Assembly (NCBI RefSeq): GCF_006345805.1
Contig: NC_043019.1
Location: 24,861,360 to 24,925,359 of the forward strand
Direction: 5' to 3'
DNA: 64,000 bases
Source of the DNA: Octopus sinensis
Lineage: Eukaryota
Below are positions 1 to 12,443 of this stretch, piece by piece. The translations under genes and the position numbers were made by a program. A model generated the notes under the pieces. The model was not told the origin of the DNA, did no database searches, and was given only the letters and a program-made list of their open reading frames with translations. Position 1 is the stretch's first letter. Each line of letters starts with the position of its first letter.

Positions 1-144
1 GAGACGAGATAGCCATCTTTTGTTGTCGGAAGAAAGTCCAAAGAAAATAAAGAGAAAGTTTAAAGACAACAATTTCTTTTTTTTTTTACTGATTGCACAC
101 CGATTTGATGAGAACATACAACAACACCTCTCTCTCTCTCTGTC

Positions 145-176
<32 letters not shown>

Positions 177-1453
177 CCTCTCTCTCTCTGTCTCTCTCTG
201 ACTCTCTCTCCCTCTCCCTCTGTCTCGCTTGCTCTTCTCTCCCGCCCATCACACCCTCTCTCTATTTTGGCAGTAGGCAATAATGTAAAAATGCTGATTT
301 ATCAGTTTCACTCCCACTCGCACACATTCCAACAACAACAACAACAATAACAAACACGAAATAAAGGTTTGTTTGGTGTGTTTGTGTTTGTAGTAATTAT
401 TACTCTGCATGCAGTGGCGACGGTGGTGCTGACTGCGGTGATGGCGGTGACGCCGGTGGGGGGAATGTCGGACTAAATACTTTGCTGTGTTCACTTACGT
501 CACTTTCATAAATACCGAGTTCAAATCCTCCCGGAAGAAGTCAATTTTGCCTTTTACCTTTCCGTATATCGTTTGAATTAGGTCCTTGCGAAGTGCTGAG
601 GTCGATTAAGTACTTGCGAAGTACTGGATTTAATTAAGGACGTTCGAAATACTGGGGGTCGATTAAGTAGACGATGTCTCCCGACAAAATTATTGCCCTT
701 GTAACATTTTAAAAATGTTTTTATTGGATAAAAGCGGAACGGAAGTACTCGTGACCTTTAACACGGCCTCCATAAAATGGTGGAGTGGAGGGTAATAATC
801 TTCAGACCGGAGACCTGGTCTTAATGTTTGCAGCGGGGTGTAGTACACCCAGGGACCAGGTGTTGTTGTTAAGCACAGCAACGTATTAAGTCTACCACCC
901 AAAACCAAAAAAACTACCCCCTCTCCAACGTACATACCCGATGGGCATCCGTACATTTCCATACTTAAGTCTGTGGTTGTGGGTAACTTAGCAAGGTGAC
1001 ACGAAGTGGGACTGAACCAGGGACTTACTAGTTGCGAACTTTCTGATCGTTACAAAGCCATACCTGCACCTGTTGGATGGAAAGATCGGATGTTGACAAA
1101 GAAGTACCAGTCGCATACTGGGAGTCGTTTAAGTCGACAATAATTCTCCACACCTCACCTCAGTCATCTTCCGATCTTTCTTTCTTCTCCCACTGTCGTT
1201 ATCTTCAATATCCTGGTTGAAGTCACGTAACATTCGTCCGTCTCTTGTTATCACTTATATTACTGTTGTTATTATCACCAGACATCAAGTCAAAAAACAA
1301 CAAATTATTATCTGAACGTTTGCTTAATTTCATAACTGAAATTATTTCATGATGAATATAGTGATAACGGTTGGTTGTGTGTGTGCAGTTTCATGGTATT
1401 TCGGCGAACATATTGCTTTTTTTATAGCCTGGTGTATGTGTATTAATATTGTG

Positions 1454-1492
<39 letters not shown>

Positions 1493-1671
1493 GTAGATAA
1501 AGGTAGATAGAAAGGTAGACAGGTATATGTGTGTGTATGGATGTCTGCGAGTGTAGACACGGATATTATGTATCTGTATCTACTTGTATACTTGTAAAAC
1601 ACGGGTCCATATTTTGGTAACGTATATATATATATATATTCTTTTTTTAGAGCTGCGGCCATGCTGATGCA

Positions 1672-1719
<48 letters not shown>

Positions 1720-1728
1720 GCATACATG

Positions 1729-1788
<60 letters not shown>

Positions 1789-2821
1789 ATATTATATATA
1801 TCATATATTGTGTGTGTGTGTATTGTTTTCTTTCCGGATCACCATTTATCTAATGTAGTCTCATCTGAAATAGCACAGCAATCTTGTTTTAGGTGCTGGG
1901 CATATTAAGTTTTCTCTCTGAACACTATCTCCAGGCCTATGAGTACCTTCATGGGTATTCGCTTTGTCGCAAGTATTCGAACTAAACACCCATCCGAGGA
2001 TTATCTTTCAATCATAACACATTGACACCCTCTACCCAGATGCCTACTCCTAAAACTAAAGGCACTGGACAATTATCCCCGCCTCTCACCTTCTCTAACA
2101 TCAAAAGACTCCAATCGAACTTCTAATTTCCCCCCCTCAAATCCTCCTCCGACTTTTCAAGGAAGTCCTCGGACTTCTCCAAGAAGTGCCTTCCTCCACT
2201 TCTTCCATTTCCTCCCCGTCAACTCACACTCCTTGGACATTTCCAGGAAGTCCATCCCCGTCAGACTTTTCCAGGAAGTCCTTCATCCCCTCCCACCCCT
2301 TGTACCCCTCTGAGAACAAACTTTGCACAAAATTTGCGCCATGTTCAGATCTTCATGCATAATTCTGCCGCACCATTTCCAAATTGTGTCTTTATGGACT
2401 CATGACAGTTTTCATGCAAAGAATTACGAATCTTCTCCCATACCTCTCATCGTCTCTCATCTCCCCCTGCCGTCCTCCAATTTCTTGTGCCAGCGATAAA
2501 CAGACGCTCGGCTCTTACAAGTTCATTCATAAGTTTGCATAGCATTTTTCTGCCCAGTTTAACTCAAAACTTTATTGCATACCGAGCATCCAAATTCTCT
2601 TCACGTCCCGAGTGCGTTCTCTAAACTAGTCAGCGGTGACAAGTTGGGTGTCTTCAAGTTGCTGGTACAGCCGTCTCATTCAATCTGGAATAAAAAAATA
2701 AGCTGGCAGGTCAGCTTATTCGATGTATTGTAATGATATACAAAATTGTAATAGTCTACGAAAGTTATAACTGCTTCTCCTAAAACAAAGTTTCGAAACT
2801 TCTGGGATGCATCTCGTATTG

Positions 2822-2881
<60 letters not shown>

Positions 2882-3104
2882 ATCTCTCTGTCTATCTATC
2901 TATATATATATACATATATAACAATATATATATAATATATATACAAAATCAGAAAATGGAAACATACCTAAATCAATCATCAACCATCAGATAATACCCA
3001 ATCAATACTTATTAAACCATTACCAACAGCAATGACATTATACATAATATTACAAATATACAATAGACATAGAAATAGAAATAGAAAATACAATTACATC
3101 GTAG

Positions 3105-3211
3105 CTGACAGCTGTTTCGGCCGTGAAGATAGGTATGTCCTATTAACCTTAGTAGCATTAAAGCAGGTATACATGAGACATTAACAAGAATGTCTCACGG
3201 CCTCTTCAGAG
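3105..3211 (-). ncRNA. Hammerhead-ribozyme motif (type I-like) with long helix II insert and weak helix I
   Basis: Minus strand reads CU-CUGAAGA-GGCCGUGA-(68 nt)-UCACGGCC-GAAA-CAGCUG-UC-AG. Core intact, 8-bp perfect helix II, self-complementary helix III ACAGCUGU, GUC cleavage triplet. Helix I has only 2 bp. Confidence 0.55.
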
Positions 3212-3238
3212 AATTTAATATATACAAACATACACATA

Positions 3239-3296
<58 letters not shown>

Positions 3297-3309
3297 CACA
3301 TATATATTC

Positions 3310-3341
<32 letters not shown>

Positions 3342-3532
3342 ACAACATATATATAATATATATATATGAATGTATGTATGAATGTACAGATTATTAACTG
3401 AAGTTTATTTCACAATATAGCTCGGAATTACTAACTTAATACTGTAATCTTCAAATAATGATATACGTACACATAATATTATGAAGTATATTATATATAT
3501 ATATCTATTATATATATATATATTATATATAT

Positions 3533-3593
<61 letters not shown>

Positions 3594-3956
3594 TGTGAGA
3601 ATAATTATAAAAAATCGAGGTCGTAGACGAAGTCAATTCAGTCTGAAAGCTGTAGAAATGAATGTATGGTAATGTTGTTGCTGTTGTTGTTGCTGTTGTT
3701 GTTGTGAGTTTGTGAGGCGGTGGGGATTAATAAACCGCTTAATCTGGAATTTAATAATTTCAAGAATAGCCAGCAGGAAAGTCGCTATAAGTAAGACGGT
3801 CTCATTATTGTAATTACTTTCTTATGACTTGGCAGAACGGCATTCGAGATTTGGAGGAAATTGGAAGGATTGACTAGACACAAATACAAAAATTGTTGTT
3901 GCTGTTATTATTTCTTGTATTTTTGTGTTAAAAATAATAACAATTGGTTAACAATA

Positions 3957-4370
3957 GGCGCAGGAGTGGCTGCGTGGTAAGTAGCTTGCTAACCAGCCAC
4001 ATGGTTCCGGGTTCAGTCCCACTGCGTGGCATCTTGGGCAAGTGTCTTCTGCTATAGCCCCGGGCCGACCAATGCCTTGTGAGTGAATTTGGTAGACGGA
4101 AACTGAAAGAAGCCTGTCGTATATATGTATATATATATGTATATGTATGTGTGTGTGTTTGTGTGTGGTGGTTTGTTCCGTAGCATTGCTTGAAACCGAT
4201 GCTGTGTGTTTACGTCCCCGTCACTTAGCGGTTCGGCAAAAAGAGACCGATAGAATAAGTACTGGGCTTACAAAAAAGAATAAGTCCCGGGGTCGAGTTG
4301 CTCGACTAAAGGCGGTGCTCCAGCATGGCCGCAGTTCAAAGGACTGAAACAAGTAAAGAGTAAAAGAGTA
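3957..4370 (+). mobile_element. tRNA-headed SINE family A, full length
   Basis: Head GGCGCAGGAGTGGCTGCGTGGT (box A-like) and GGTTCAGTCCC (box B-like), internal (TA)n(TG)n, 3' body ending in AAAAGAGT repeats; near-identical to other copies in the window. Confidence 0.9.
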
Positions 4371-4397
4371 ATTGGTATTTTTATTATTATTATTATT

Positions 4398-4895
4398 GAG
4401 TGAGAGAGCAGTTCATGCCATCAAAGTGACACTGGAGTAAATATACGAAGCCCATATACCCATCATGACTACCCGTCTGATAAAGGTACACCAGGCACAT
4501 GCATCACAACCATATTGTGGCGACATGGTGATCTCATATCAAGGAAACAGCACATGACCTTGCAGGTGGGACCCAGTTAGAAATTTTCTTCAGGTTGAGT
4601 AGCCCATCCCGCTCAAACGGTCCCTGAATAAGGTTGTTTAAGGATGTTGAAAGAACCACCCATGTTTCCAGAGGTGAACTATTCAAACCCCAAAGAATCC
4701 CTCTCAACACATGGCTATGATGCTCCCCCACTACTTCTGCTCTTGATCAGAGATGCACATATCGTCAGCACTAAGGGACATGCTCAACTGGTTAAGGTCA
4801 AACAACTGACAAGCAAATCTGTGGTATTGACAGATATTTGCTGTAGCCCATCTTTTATACGAGACAAAACAATGTACATGATAACACTTCCACCT
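4398..4895 (-). mobile_element. Repeat family F (LINE 3' UTR or long SINE) abutting an (AAT)n tail
   Basis: About 400 bp matches 46091-46498 and 46847-47254 in reverse complement. All copies end ...CTCTCTCACTC followed by (AAT)n. Strand assigned from the tail only. Confidence 0.7.
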
Positions 4896-5027
4896 CCTCC
4901 CATGAAATTGCTGGCCTTGTGCCAAGATTTGAAACCAATATTTACACACTGTTATTTATAGCTTTATCTACTTCGAGCTCAGCCGTTAAAATGAATTATT
5001 TGATATACATACATGCATATGTATGTT

Positions 5028-5064
<37 letters not shown>

Positions 5065-5193
5065 ACACACACAATCCGACACGCGCGGAGTCTAATATTT
5101 GCGATAATCTTGTTGACAATGATGTGGAAGTCACTCCCAACAAAATTAATATATACTGTATGTGTGCATGTGTATAAGCGTGTGTATGTGCAT

Positions 5194-5250
<57 letters not shown>

Positions 5251-5496
5251 TGTGTGTGCGTGCGTGTGTGTGTGTGCGCTATGTCTGTATGTGCGTGTCT
5301 GTGTAATTTTTGTTTAATATTTCTTTCAATCAATCAAAATCACATCCCAGGGAGGCTATAGTCGCAACTCCCTCCCCTCCGCCATCTTTTCTTTTCATCT
5401 CCTGATCTCACGTTTTCCACCATATTTGGTTCCTAATCCTAATTCATTTCTTGGTAATTCCAATCACCGTCTTCCAGGTCTTTCTCCATCTCTTTT

Positions 5497-5960
5497 ACAC
5501 CAACGTGCCCGTCAACAAGAGCGTGGGATGTATTTGGAATTTCATACCATTTAGTCGAGTAACCTCGATTTGGAGACTTTGCCGAACCGCTAGCTCACAG
5601 GAACATAAACAACCAACAATGTGGTCAAGCGGTGATGGAGAGAACAAAGACACCAACGTGCCCGTCAACAAGAGCGTGGAGTGTGTTTGGAATTTCATAC
5701 CATTTAGTCGAGTAACCTCGATTTGGAGACTTTGCCGAACCGCTAGCTCACAGGAACATAAACAAACCAACAGTGGTGGTCAAGCGGTGATGGAGAACAA
5801 AGACACCAACGTGCCCGTCAACAAGAGCGTGGAGTGTGTTTGGAATTTCATACCATTTAGTCGAGTAACCTCGATTGAGAGACTTTGCCGAACCGCTAGC
5901 TCACAGGAACATAAACAAACCAACAGCGGTGGTCAAGCAGCGGTGATGGAGAACAAAGAC
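5497..5960. repeat. 153-bp tandem repeat x3, partly SINE-A derived
   Basis: Units start ACACCAACGTGCCC at 5497, 5650 and 5803. The minus strand contains TAGCGGTTCGGCAAA and CTCGACTAAA, as in the SINE A 3' body. Confidence 0.9.
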
Positions 5961-6416
5961 AAAGACAAAGACCACCCCCTCACCCATATATCTACGTATA
6001 CTTGAAACTCTTGCATTTGCTAAGCATTTAAGGAATTGTATTTCTTTGTAAGTCTAGTCCTTACTCTATCGGTCACTTTTCTCGAACCGCTAAGTTTCGG
6101 GGACAAACACAGATACAAAAGCACACACACACACACATAAATATGTATATATACATACACACAAAGGAAATCTACGCACACACACACACGCGTATGGCTT
6201 AAACATACAGATTTAAGTTTCTGAAAATTCAATGCGACATTGAGTCATGCTGGTCACAAGAGATTCAACTTCCACAAGAGGTTTGGGATGGCGCTTTCAT
6301 TCATTTGTAGAGTTACCTATATTTACATTTAAAACATGACACAGAATTTCATTTTATAATGTTTTGCAGATACAACCAAAAAAATAAAAGACAAAAATAA
6401 ATCTGATCGTTCGAAT

Positions 6417-6516
6417 NNNNNNNNNNNNNNNNNNNNNNNNNNNNNNNNNNNNNNNNNNNNNNNNNNNNNNNNNNNNNNNNNNNNNNNNNNNNNNNNNNNN
6501 NNNNNNNNNNNNNNNN
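6417..6516. other. Assembly gap (100 N)
   Basis: Exactly 100 N, a standard placeholder; distance and orientation across it are not guaranteed. Confidence 1.
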
Positions 6517-7225
6517 GAAATTGGGTTTTATAACGTTTTATTGTTACTTAACTTATTATAAACGGTCTACTGGGCCAGGTAGGAACCCACTAGTGAGGCT
6601 CTATGTAATCGCTCTACGCGCTAGAAATAGTAGCAATATTCTACTCTCATTCCCCATCGTCTTGAAAATAACGAAGACTATATCGGATCTGACTTACACT
6701 TGACAACCGACAAATGACCGAAGTAGAGAAAAAAAAATCTTTCTTTTGTGAGACCACATCCCGTCATTTTTTCTTGTGAATTTCTATCTCTGCCGTAAGG
6801 CTTCATTTACACACGCGCCAGGTTAATTCAATTCGTCCCAAGTCGAAAGACACCTGTTGTTATGTCCTGTTACTATTTTTATTGTATTTATATTGTATTT
6901 ATACTTGTGTAACATCGTCTGTTTTTCCGTCCTTGTTTTTGTATACATTCGATGCTTTCTTCCAAGGAATCTAATGATCTTAGCTTAGTTTTTCCTTGGA
7001 GCTGGCCTGATTGGAGAAAAATCTCAAGATTAATCAGACGAAATTGCGAGGATGATCTGGTTTTTGACAGAGAAAAGAAAGCTTTGAATGACCCGTCCTT
7101 GTTTTTTTTTTGTATCGTCTATCTGGATGTTTTATTGTCCCTTTTTGTATCACCTAGTGTCGGATGTTTTGCGTTCTTGTCTAATTTTGTATTATATATT
7201 ATATATATATATATATTATATATAT

Positions 7226-7280
<55 letters not shown>

Positions 7281-7536
7281 TATATATACATATATATATG
7301 TATGTATGTATGTATCTATGTATGTATAACCAAAGTATAAAGTAAACATTCATTTTAGTCAATCTTACCTATCGGTTTCACAACGGATTTTGAATGGTTA
7401 TCTGAATACCTGTACTCTTCAGAGGCGGCAGGTATCTCTATTGACAAATATACGAATGCCTATTTTTCATATATATGGATTCTTAGACAATATATATATA
7501 TACATACATACATGCAGTCCACATACACACACACAC

Positions 7537-7732
7537 AGAAGGGGGCGCTAAAAAGTTCTTGGCTTTGGGCAAAAGAAAATACAGGAGGTTCAGTTAATTA
7601 TGATTTTTTTAAAAATTCAACTATTTGTAACGGTCCTTCAATTTTTCTCATCCCTTTAAAAGAACTCAGAAGTATGGACCACCAATCAGGCCTTTCGGGA
7701 CACCCTTAAAACCAGGAAATTTTCAACACCCT

Positions 7733-7737
<5 letters not shown>
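7537..7737. mobile_element. Mariner/Tc1-type MITE (about 200 bp), reverse orientation relative to the 20859 copy
   Basis: Imperfect TIRs GAAGGGGGCGCTAAAAAGTTCTTGG / CCAGGAAATTTTCAACACCCTCCTCG; internal homology to 20859-21073. Confidence 0.7.
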
Positions 7738-7769
<32 letters not shown>

Positions 7770-7812
7770 GACAGCAGAGTAAGCAGCGTCCAGTTCACTT
7801 TCACTTACCGTG

Positions 7813-8175
7813 GATGGAAGCACTCCGTCGGTTACGACGACGAGGGTTCCGGTTGATCCGATGAACGGAACAACCTGCTCGTGAAATTAACGTGTAAGTG
7901 GCTGAACATTCCACAGACACGTGTACCCTTAACGTACACAGAGAGTGACAAGGCTGGCCCTTTGAAATACAGGTACAATAGAAACAGGAAGTAAGAGTGA
8001 GAGAAAGTTGTGGTGAAAGAGTACAGCAGGGATCACACCATCCCTGCCGGAAGCCTCATGGAGCTTTAGGTGTTTTCGCTCAATAAACACTCACAACGCC
8101 CGGTCTGGGAATCGAAACCGCGATCCTACGACCGCGAGTCCGCTGCCCTAACCACTGGGCCATTGCGCCTCCACG
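7813..8175 (-). mobile_element. tRNA-headed SINE family C with 11-bp target-site duplication
   Basis: Head GGAGGCGCAATGGCCCAGTGGTTAGGG...GGTTTCGATTCCC. TSD CACTTACCGTG at 7802-7812 and 8176-8186. 3' half shared with family D. Confidence 0.9.
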
Positions 8176-8420
8176 CACTTACCGTGCCTACGTGGGTATA
8201 AACAGCAACTGCATCAATCTAAGGAGTCTCAGAGGTATGTGAAGATCATCTCCTAATCTATCAAAGATAAGAGTTCACTAAAATAGTGTCCAAACAGGTC
8301 ATTCGTCTTAGAGAGAAAAAAGAAATCATTAATAAAAGACAAGAGGAAATAAGTTCGCGTTTATCAGACAAGTCTGAAATCTGGCAAATGTTTTACAAAA
8401 TTTAAGTTAAGAATCGTGTA

Positions 8421-8588
8421 GGCGCAGGAGTGGCTTTGTGGTAAGTAGCTTGCTTACCAACCACATGGTTCCGGGTTCAGTCCCACTGCGTGGTATCTTG
8501 GGCAAGTGTCTTCTGCTATAGCCTCGGGCCGACCAATGCCTTGTGAGTGGATTGTAGTAGACGGAAACTGAAAGAAGCCTGTGGTGTA

Positions 8589-8636
<48 letters not shown>

Positions 8637-8887
8637 GTGTTGTGTGTTGTGTGCGTGTGTAAATATGTGTGTGTGTGTGTGTGTGTTTGTGTTTGTCCCC
8701 CTAGCATTGCTTGACAACCGATGCTGGTGTGTTTACGTCACTTAGCGTCACTTAGCGGTTCGGCAAAAGAGACCGATAGAATAAGTACTGGGCTTACAAA
8801 GAATAAGTCCCGGGGTCGATTTGCTCGACTAAAAGGCGGTGCTCCAGCATGGCCGCAGTCAAATGACTGAAACAAGTAAAAGAGAGA
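8421..8887 (+). mobile_element. SINE family A, full length
   Basis: Same head, internal microsatellite and tail as 3957-4370. Confidence 0.9.
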
Positions 8888-8966
8888 AATAGAGAAATCG
8901 ACCGTAAGAATCACTTTACAGGCAGTTCCTAGTTCAGAGAGAGGGGGAAAAGGGAGGGAATAGGAG

Positions 8967-9024
<58 letters not shown>

Positions 9025-9197
9025 AGAAGATATTTGAAGACAAAACAATGTCGGTAATTAGATTGGACAGGTGGGTTAATCACGTGGTGATGTGGTGATC
9101 CATCAGCCGGGAAAAAAAATCCCACAGAACCTAAGAAACATCATATCTTTACTCTGTTTCACTTAAGATAACATTGTTCATCGACTCGGAAGATAAG

Positions 9198-9301
9198 GTG
9201 TGTTGTGCGCGTGTAGGGTGAGTGTGTGTTGCGCGTGTAGGGTGAGTATGTGTTGCGCGTGTAGGGTGAGTATGTGTTGCGCGTGTAGGGTGAGTATGTG
9301 T
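9198..9301. repeat. 24-bp minisatellite, about 4 copies
   Basis: Unit (G/A)TGTGTTGCGCGTGTAGGGTGAGT repeated. Confidence 0.9.
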
Positions 9302-9397
9302 GCGCGCACGCGTACATATGCACATACGTACACACAAATGCATGGACTAAATATGTGTTTGTCCTGTATGTCTGTGAGTGGTGTAGGATAATGTATA

Positions 9398-9437
<40 letters not shown>

Positions 9438-9581
9438 CATATATATATATATATATATGTAGATATAATTATATATGTACGCATTAATATATGCCTGGAT
9501 AAATATGTGCATAAATGTGTCCACGTATGCATGTATTTATGTATGTTATGTAGTGTATGTATGTATGTATGTATGTATGCA

Positions 9582-9621
<40 letters not shown>

Positions 9622-9819
9622 GCAGTGTGTGTGTATGCATGTATATACAAAGGGTGTATGAATAATGTTGAGCCTCAAAACAAAAAACATGGTACAAGAC
9701 TTCTGATGAAAGTACTCGACTTCAAGGCTCAAAGGCCTTGAAGGGTCAAAACCTTTCATACCCCCTCGTATGCAATGTATACATGTTTGTGTGTATGTTT
9801 ATATGTATGTTTGTATGTT

Positions 9820-10080
9820 TGTGTGTGTGTATGTATGCATGCATGCATGTATGTATGTATGTATGTATGTATGTATGTACGTACGTATGCATGTATGTAT
9901 GTATGTATGTATGTATGCAAATATGTATGTATGTATGTATGTATGTAGGCATGCATGTATGTATGTATGTATGTATGTATGTATGTATGTATGTATGTAT
10001 GAATGCATGTTTGTATGTATGTTTATATGTATGTTTGTATGTATGTATGTATGTATGCATGTATGCAAATATGTATGTAT
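9820..10080. repeat. (TATG)n compound microsatellite
   Basis: Direct inspection; source of the MYVC/HTYI ORFs. Confidence 0.95.
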
Positions 10081-10643
10081 GTAATACGCTTGTGTGAAAT
10101 TGGAAACTATAAGTAGCAAATTAATTTATTCTCTAAATCTAAATCTATTAAGTCTCCAAGAACTCATCAAATTTCAAAATTCTAAAACGATGAAAGGTTT
10201 CGAAGTTCCTTTCTTCCGTTATAAACAAACGAAACGTTATCTTTGAAAGAAATGTTTCAGAGATAAGGCATTACGCCGAATATACAACAGAGTTACGTTC
10301 CGCGTTCTTTCTCTCTCTCTCTCTTCCTGTCCCTCTCCCTCCCTCCCTCCCTCCCACCACCTTTATCTCTCTTCTTCAATTTACTTCAGGAAGTCTTTAG
10401 TCTATAGTCGACACGGCAGAAGGCTGCAAAAGAAGAAGGTGGAGTGATAGAGAACTTTCAGCGGCTGGACGATGGGAGGGGGGGGGGAGCTGCGTGGGAG
10501 CAGGGGTGAGACCAGGGGTTGTAGCGTGGGAGATGGCCACCCATTAGGAACTGTTTACAATTGTGTATATCAGCGACTGGCGCACTATCAGCTTAAACAG
10601 TACCACGCGGCAAAGTTGCTGACGTTTGGCTAACGAAATCATG

Positions 10644-10674
<31 letters not shown>

Positions 10675-11114
10675 CGTGTGTGTGTATACACATATAGATA
10701 TATGTACACATATATACATATATATGCATATAGATGCATACACACACACACACAAGTGTAAGATAAAACGCAACGACGGCTAAATTTTGTCTGTGTCCCT
10801 CTCGTGATCGCTTCTGGGTCGATGTCGTTTCGCCTGGCTCTTAAGTATAGTGTATCTTTTAACACTACCTGCATTTAAAGGGACGTTTCCTGGGCAAAAA
10901 AACATCAACTTCCGGCGTTTAAACGACACGCAATCATTAAGTATGCTGTATTAATAACGTTTATTTTTGGTGTGTGTGTGTGTGTGTGTGTTTGTTTGTT
11001 TGTGTTCGTTTGTTTATTTAAAACACGTTTTTTTAAAATTATATATAGAAATGGTATGCCAAATTTTCCGTTTATCTTCTTTTTATTTAATTCTGTCAAG
11101 AAAATATATATAAT

Positions 11115-11145
<31 letters not shown>

Positions 11146-11166
11146 ATATATATATATATATATAAT

Positions 11167-11216
<50 letters not shown>

Positions 11217-11387
11217 TAGAAGGTTTGGAGATGATGTACAGGGATTTTATATTAGAAGAAATGAGGTACTCAGAAATTCGGATGGTTTTATATTACAGAT
11301 ATTTATTTGTATATTACATGTTTATACATCATATATCATATGTCATAAATTATATATTAGCGCATAAATATATATCTGCATATATAT

Positions 11388-11550
11388 ACGACGGGCTTCT
11401 TTCAGTTTCCGTCTACCAAATCTACTCACGAGGCTTTGGTTGGCCCGAGGTTATTGCAGAAGACTTCTGCCCAAGGTGCTACGCAGTGGTACTAGACCTG
11501 GAACCTTGTGATTGGGAAGCAAGCCCTACCACCAGCCACGCCTGCCACCT
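11388..11550 (-). mobile_element. SINE A 5' half, degenerate
   Basis: Reverse complement of the A head and body up to the internal microsatellite. Confidence 0.75.
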
Positions 11551-11582
11551 ATATATATAATATATTATATATACACACACAC

Positions 11583-11680
<98 letters not shown>

Positions 11681-11682
11681 AG

Positions 11683-11721
<39 letters not shown>

Positions 11722-11952
11722 ATATGCATATATAATGCAGGTATGATTTTATATTTGAAAAATATATATATAGGCGTAGGAGTGGCTGTGTGGTAAGTAG
11801 CCTGCATACCACACATGGTTCCTGGTTCAGTCCCATTGCGTGGCACCGTGGGCAAGTGCTTTCTGCTAAATCCTCGGGCCGACCAAAGCCTTGTGAGTGG
11901 ATTTGTTAGACGGAAACCAAAAGAAGCCCGTCGTACATATATATATATATAT

Positions 11953-12242
11953 ATCACGTGACCACGTGACCGACCAGACCATCAGATGTTGCTACACATC
12001 GCTGGTCACAATGCGTTTGCATTGGTTTAGCCTTTGAATGACGCCACCCCGCTGGCTAAGCGAGCAGGCCAACAGAAGAAAGAGTGGTGAAAGAGTACAG
12101 CAGGGATCACCACCCCCTGCCGGAGCTTCGTGGAGCTTTTACGTGTTTTTGTAAACACTCACAACGCCCAGTCTGAGAATCGAAACCGCGATCCTACGAC
12201 CGCGAGTCCGCTACCCTAACCACTGGGCCGTTGCGCCTCCAC
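11953..12242 (-). mobile_element. SINE C2 (family C head, RTE-like 3' tail)
   Basis: Head essentially as in 7813-8175. Different 3' end ...TGTGACCAGCG...CTGGTCGGTCACGTGGTCACGTGAT, resembling the RTE end at 53132-53190. Confidence 0.85.
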
Positions 12243-12409
12243 ATAGACGAAGACAGGTGGTGTACAAAACAAACAGATGTATTAGTATAACACTCAGGAA
12301 TAGAAAAAGTCTTTTACGTTTCGAGCCTACGTTCTTCTACAGAAAAGGACACAGAAAAAACAAGGAGAGAAAAAAATGTGTGTTGTGGCTAACGATCTAT
12401 CATGGCGTC
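12243..12409 (-). mobile_element. Short repeat family E carrying a hammerhead-like motif (12310-12348)
   Basis: Homologous to 32171-32366; both share the terminus ATGGCGTC. Minus strand CUGUAGAA-GAAC-GUAG-GCUC-GAAACGUA. Confidence 0.65.

Positions 12410-12443
<34 letters not shown>

Noticed and set aside
3957-4030. tRNA-like box A/box B sequences at SINE heads
   Set aside because: All continue into SINE bodies; no complete cloverleaf found, so no tRNA gene is called.
5451-6005. 184-aa repeat ORF as a real gene
   Set aside because: Explained by a 51-codon SINE-derived unit; no splice or promoter support.
9703-9752. CTGATGA followed by a strong hairpin and AAAAC
   Set aside because: Eight unpaired nucleotides after the core and G12 missing; not a credible hammerhead.
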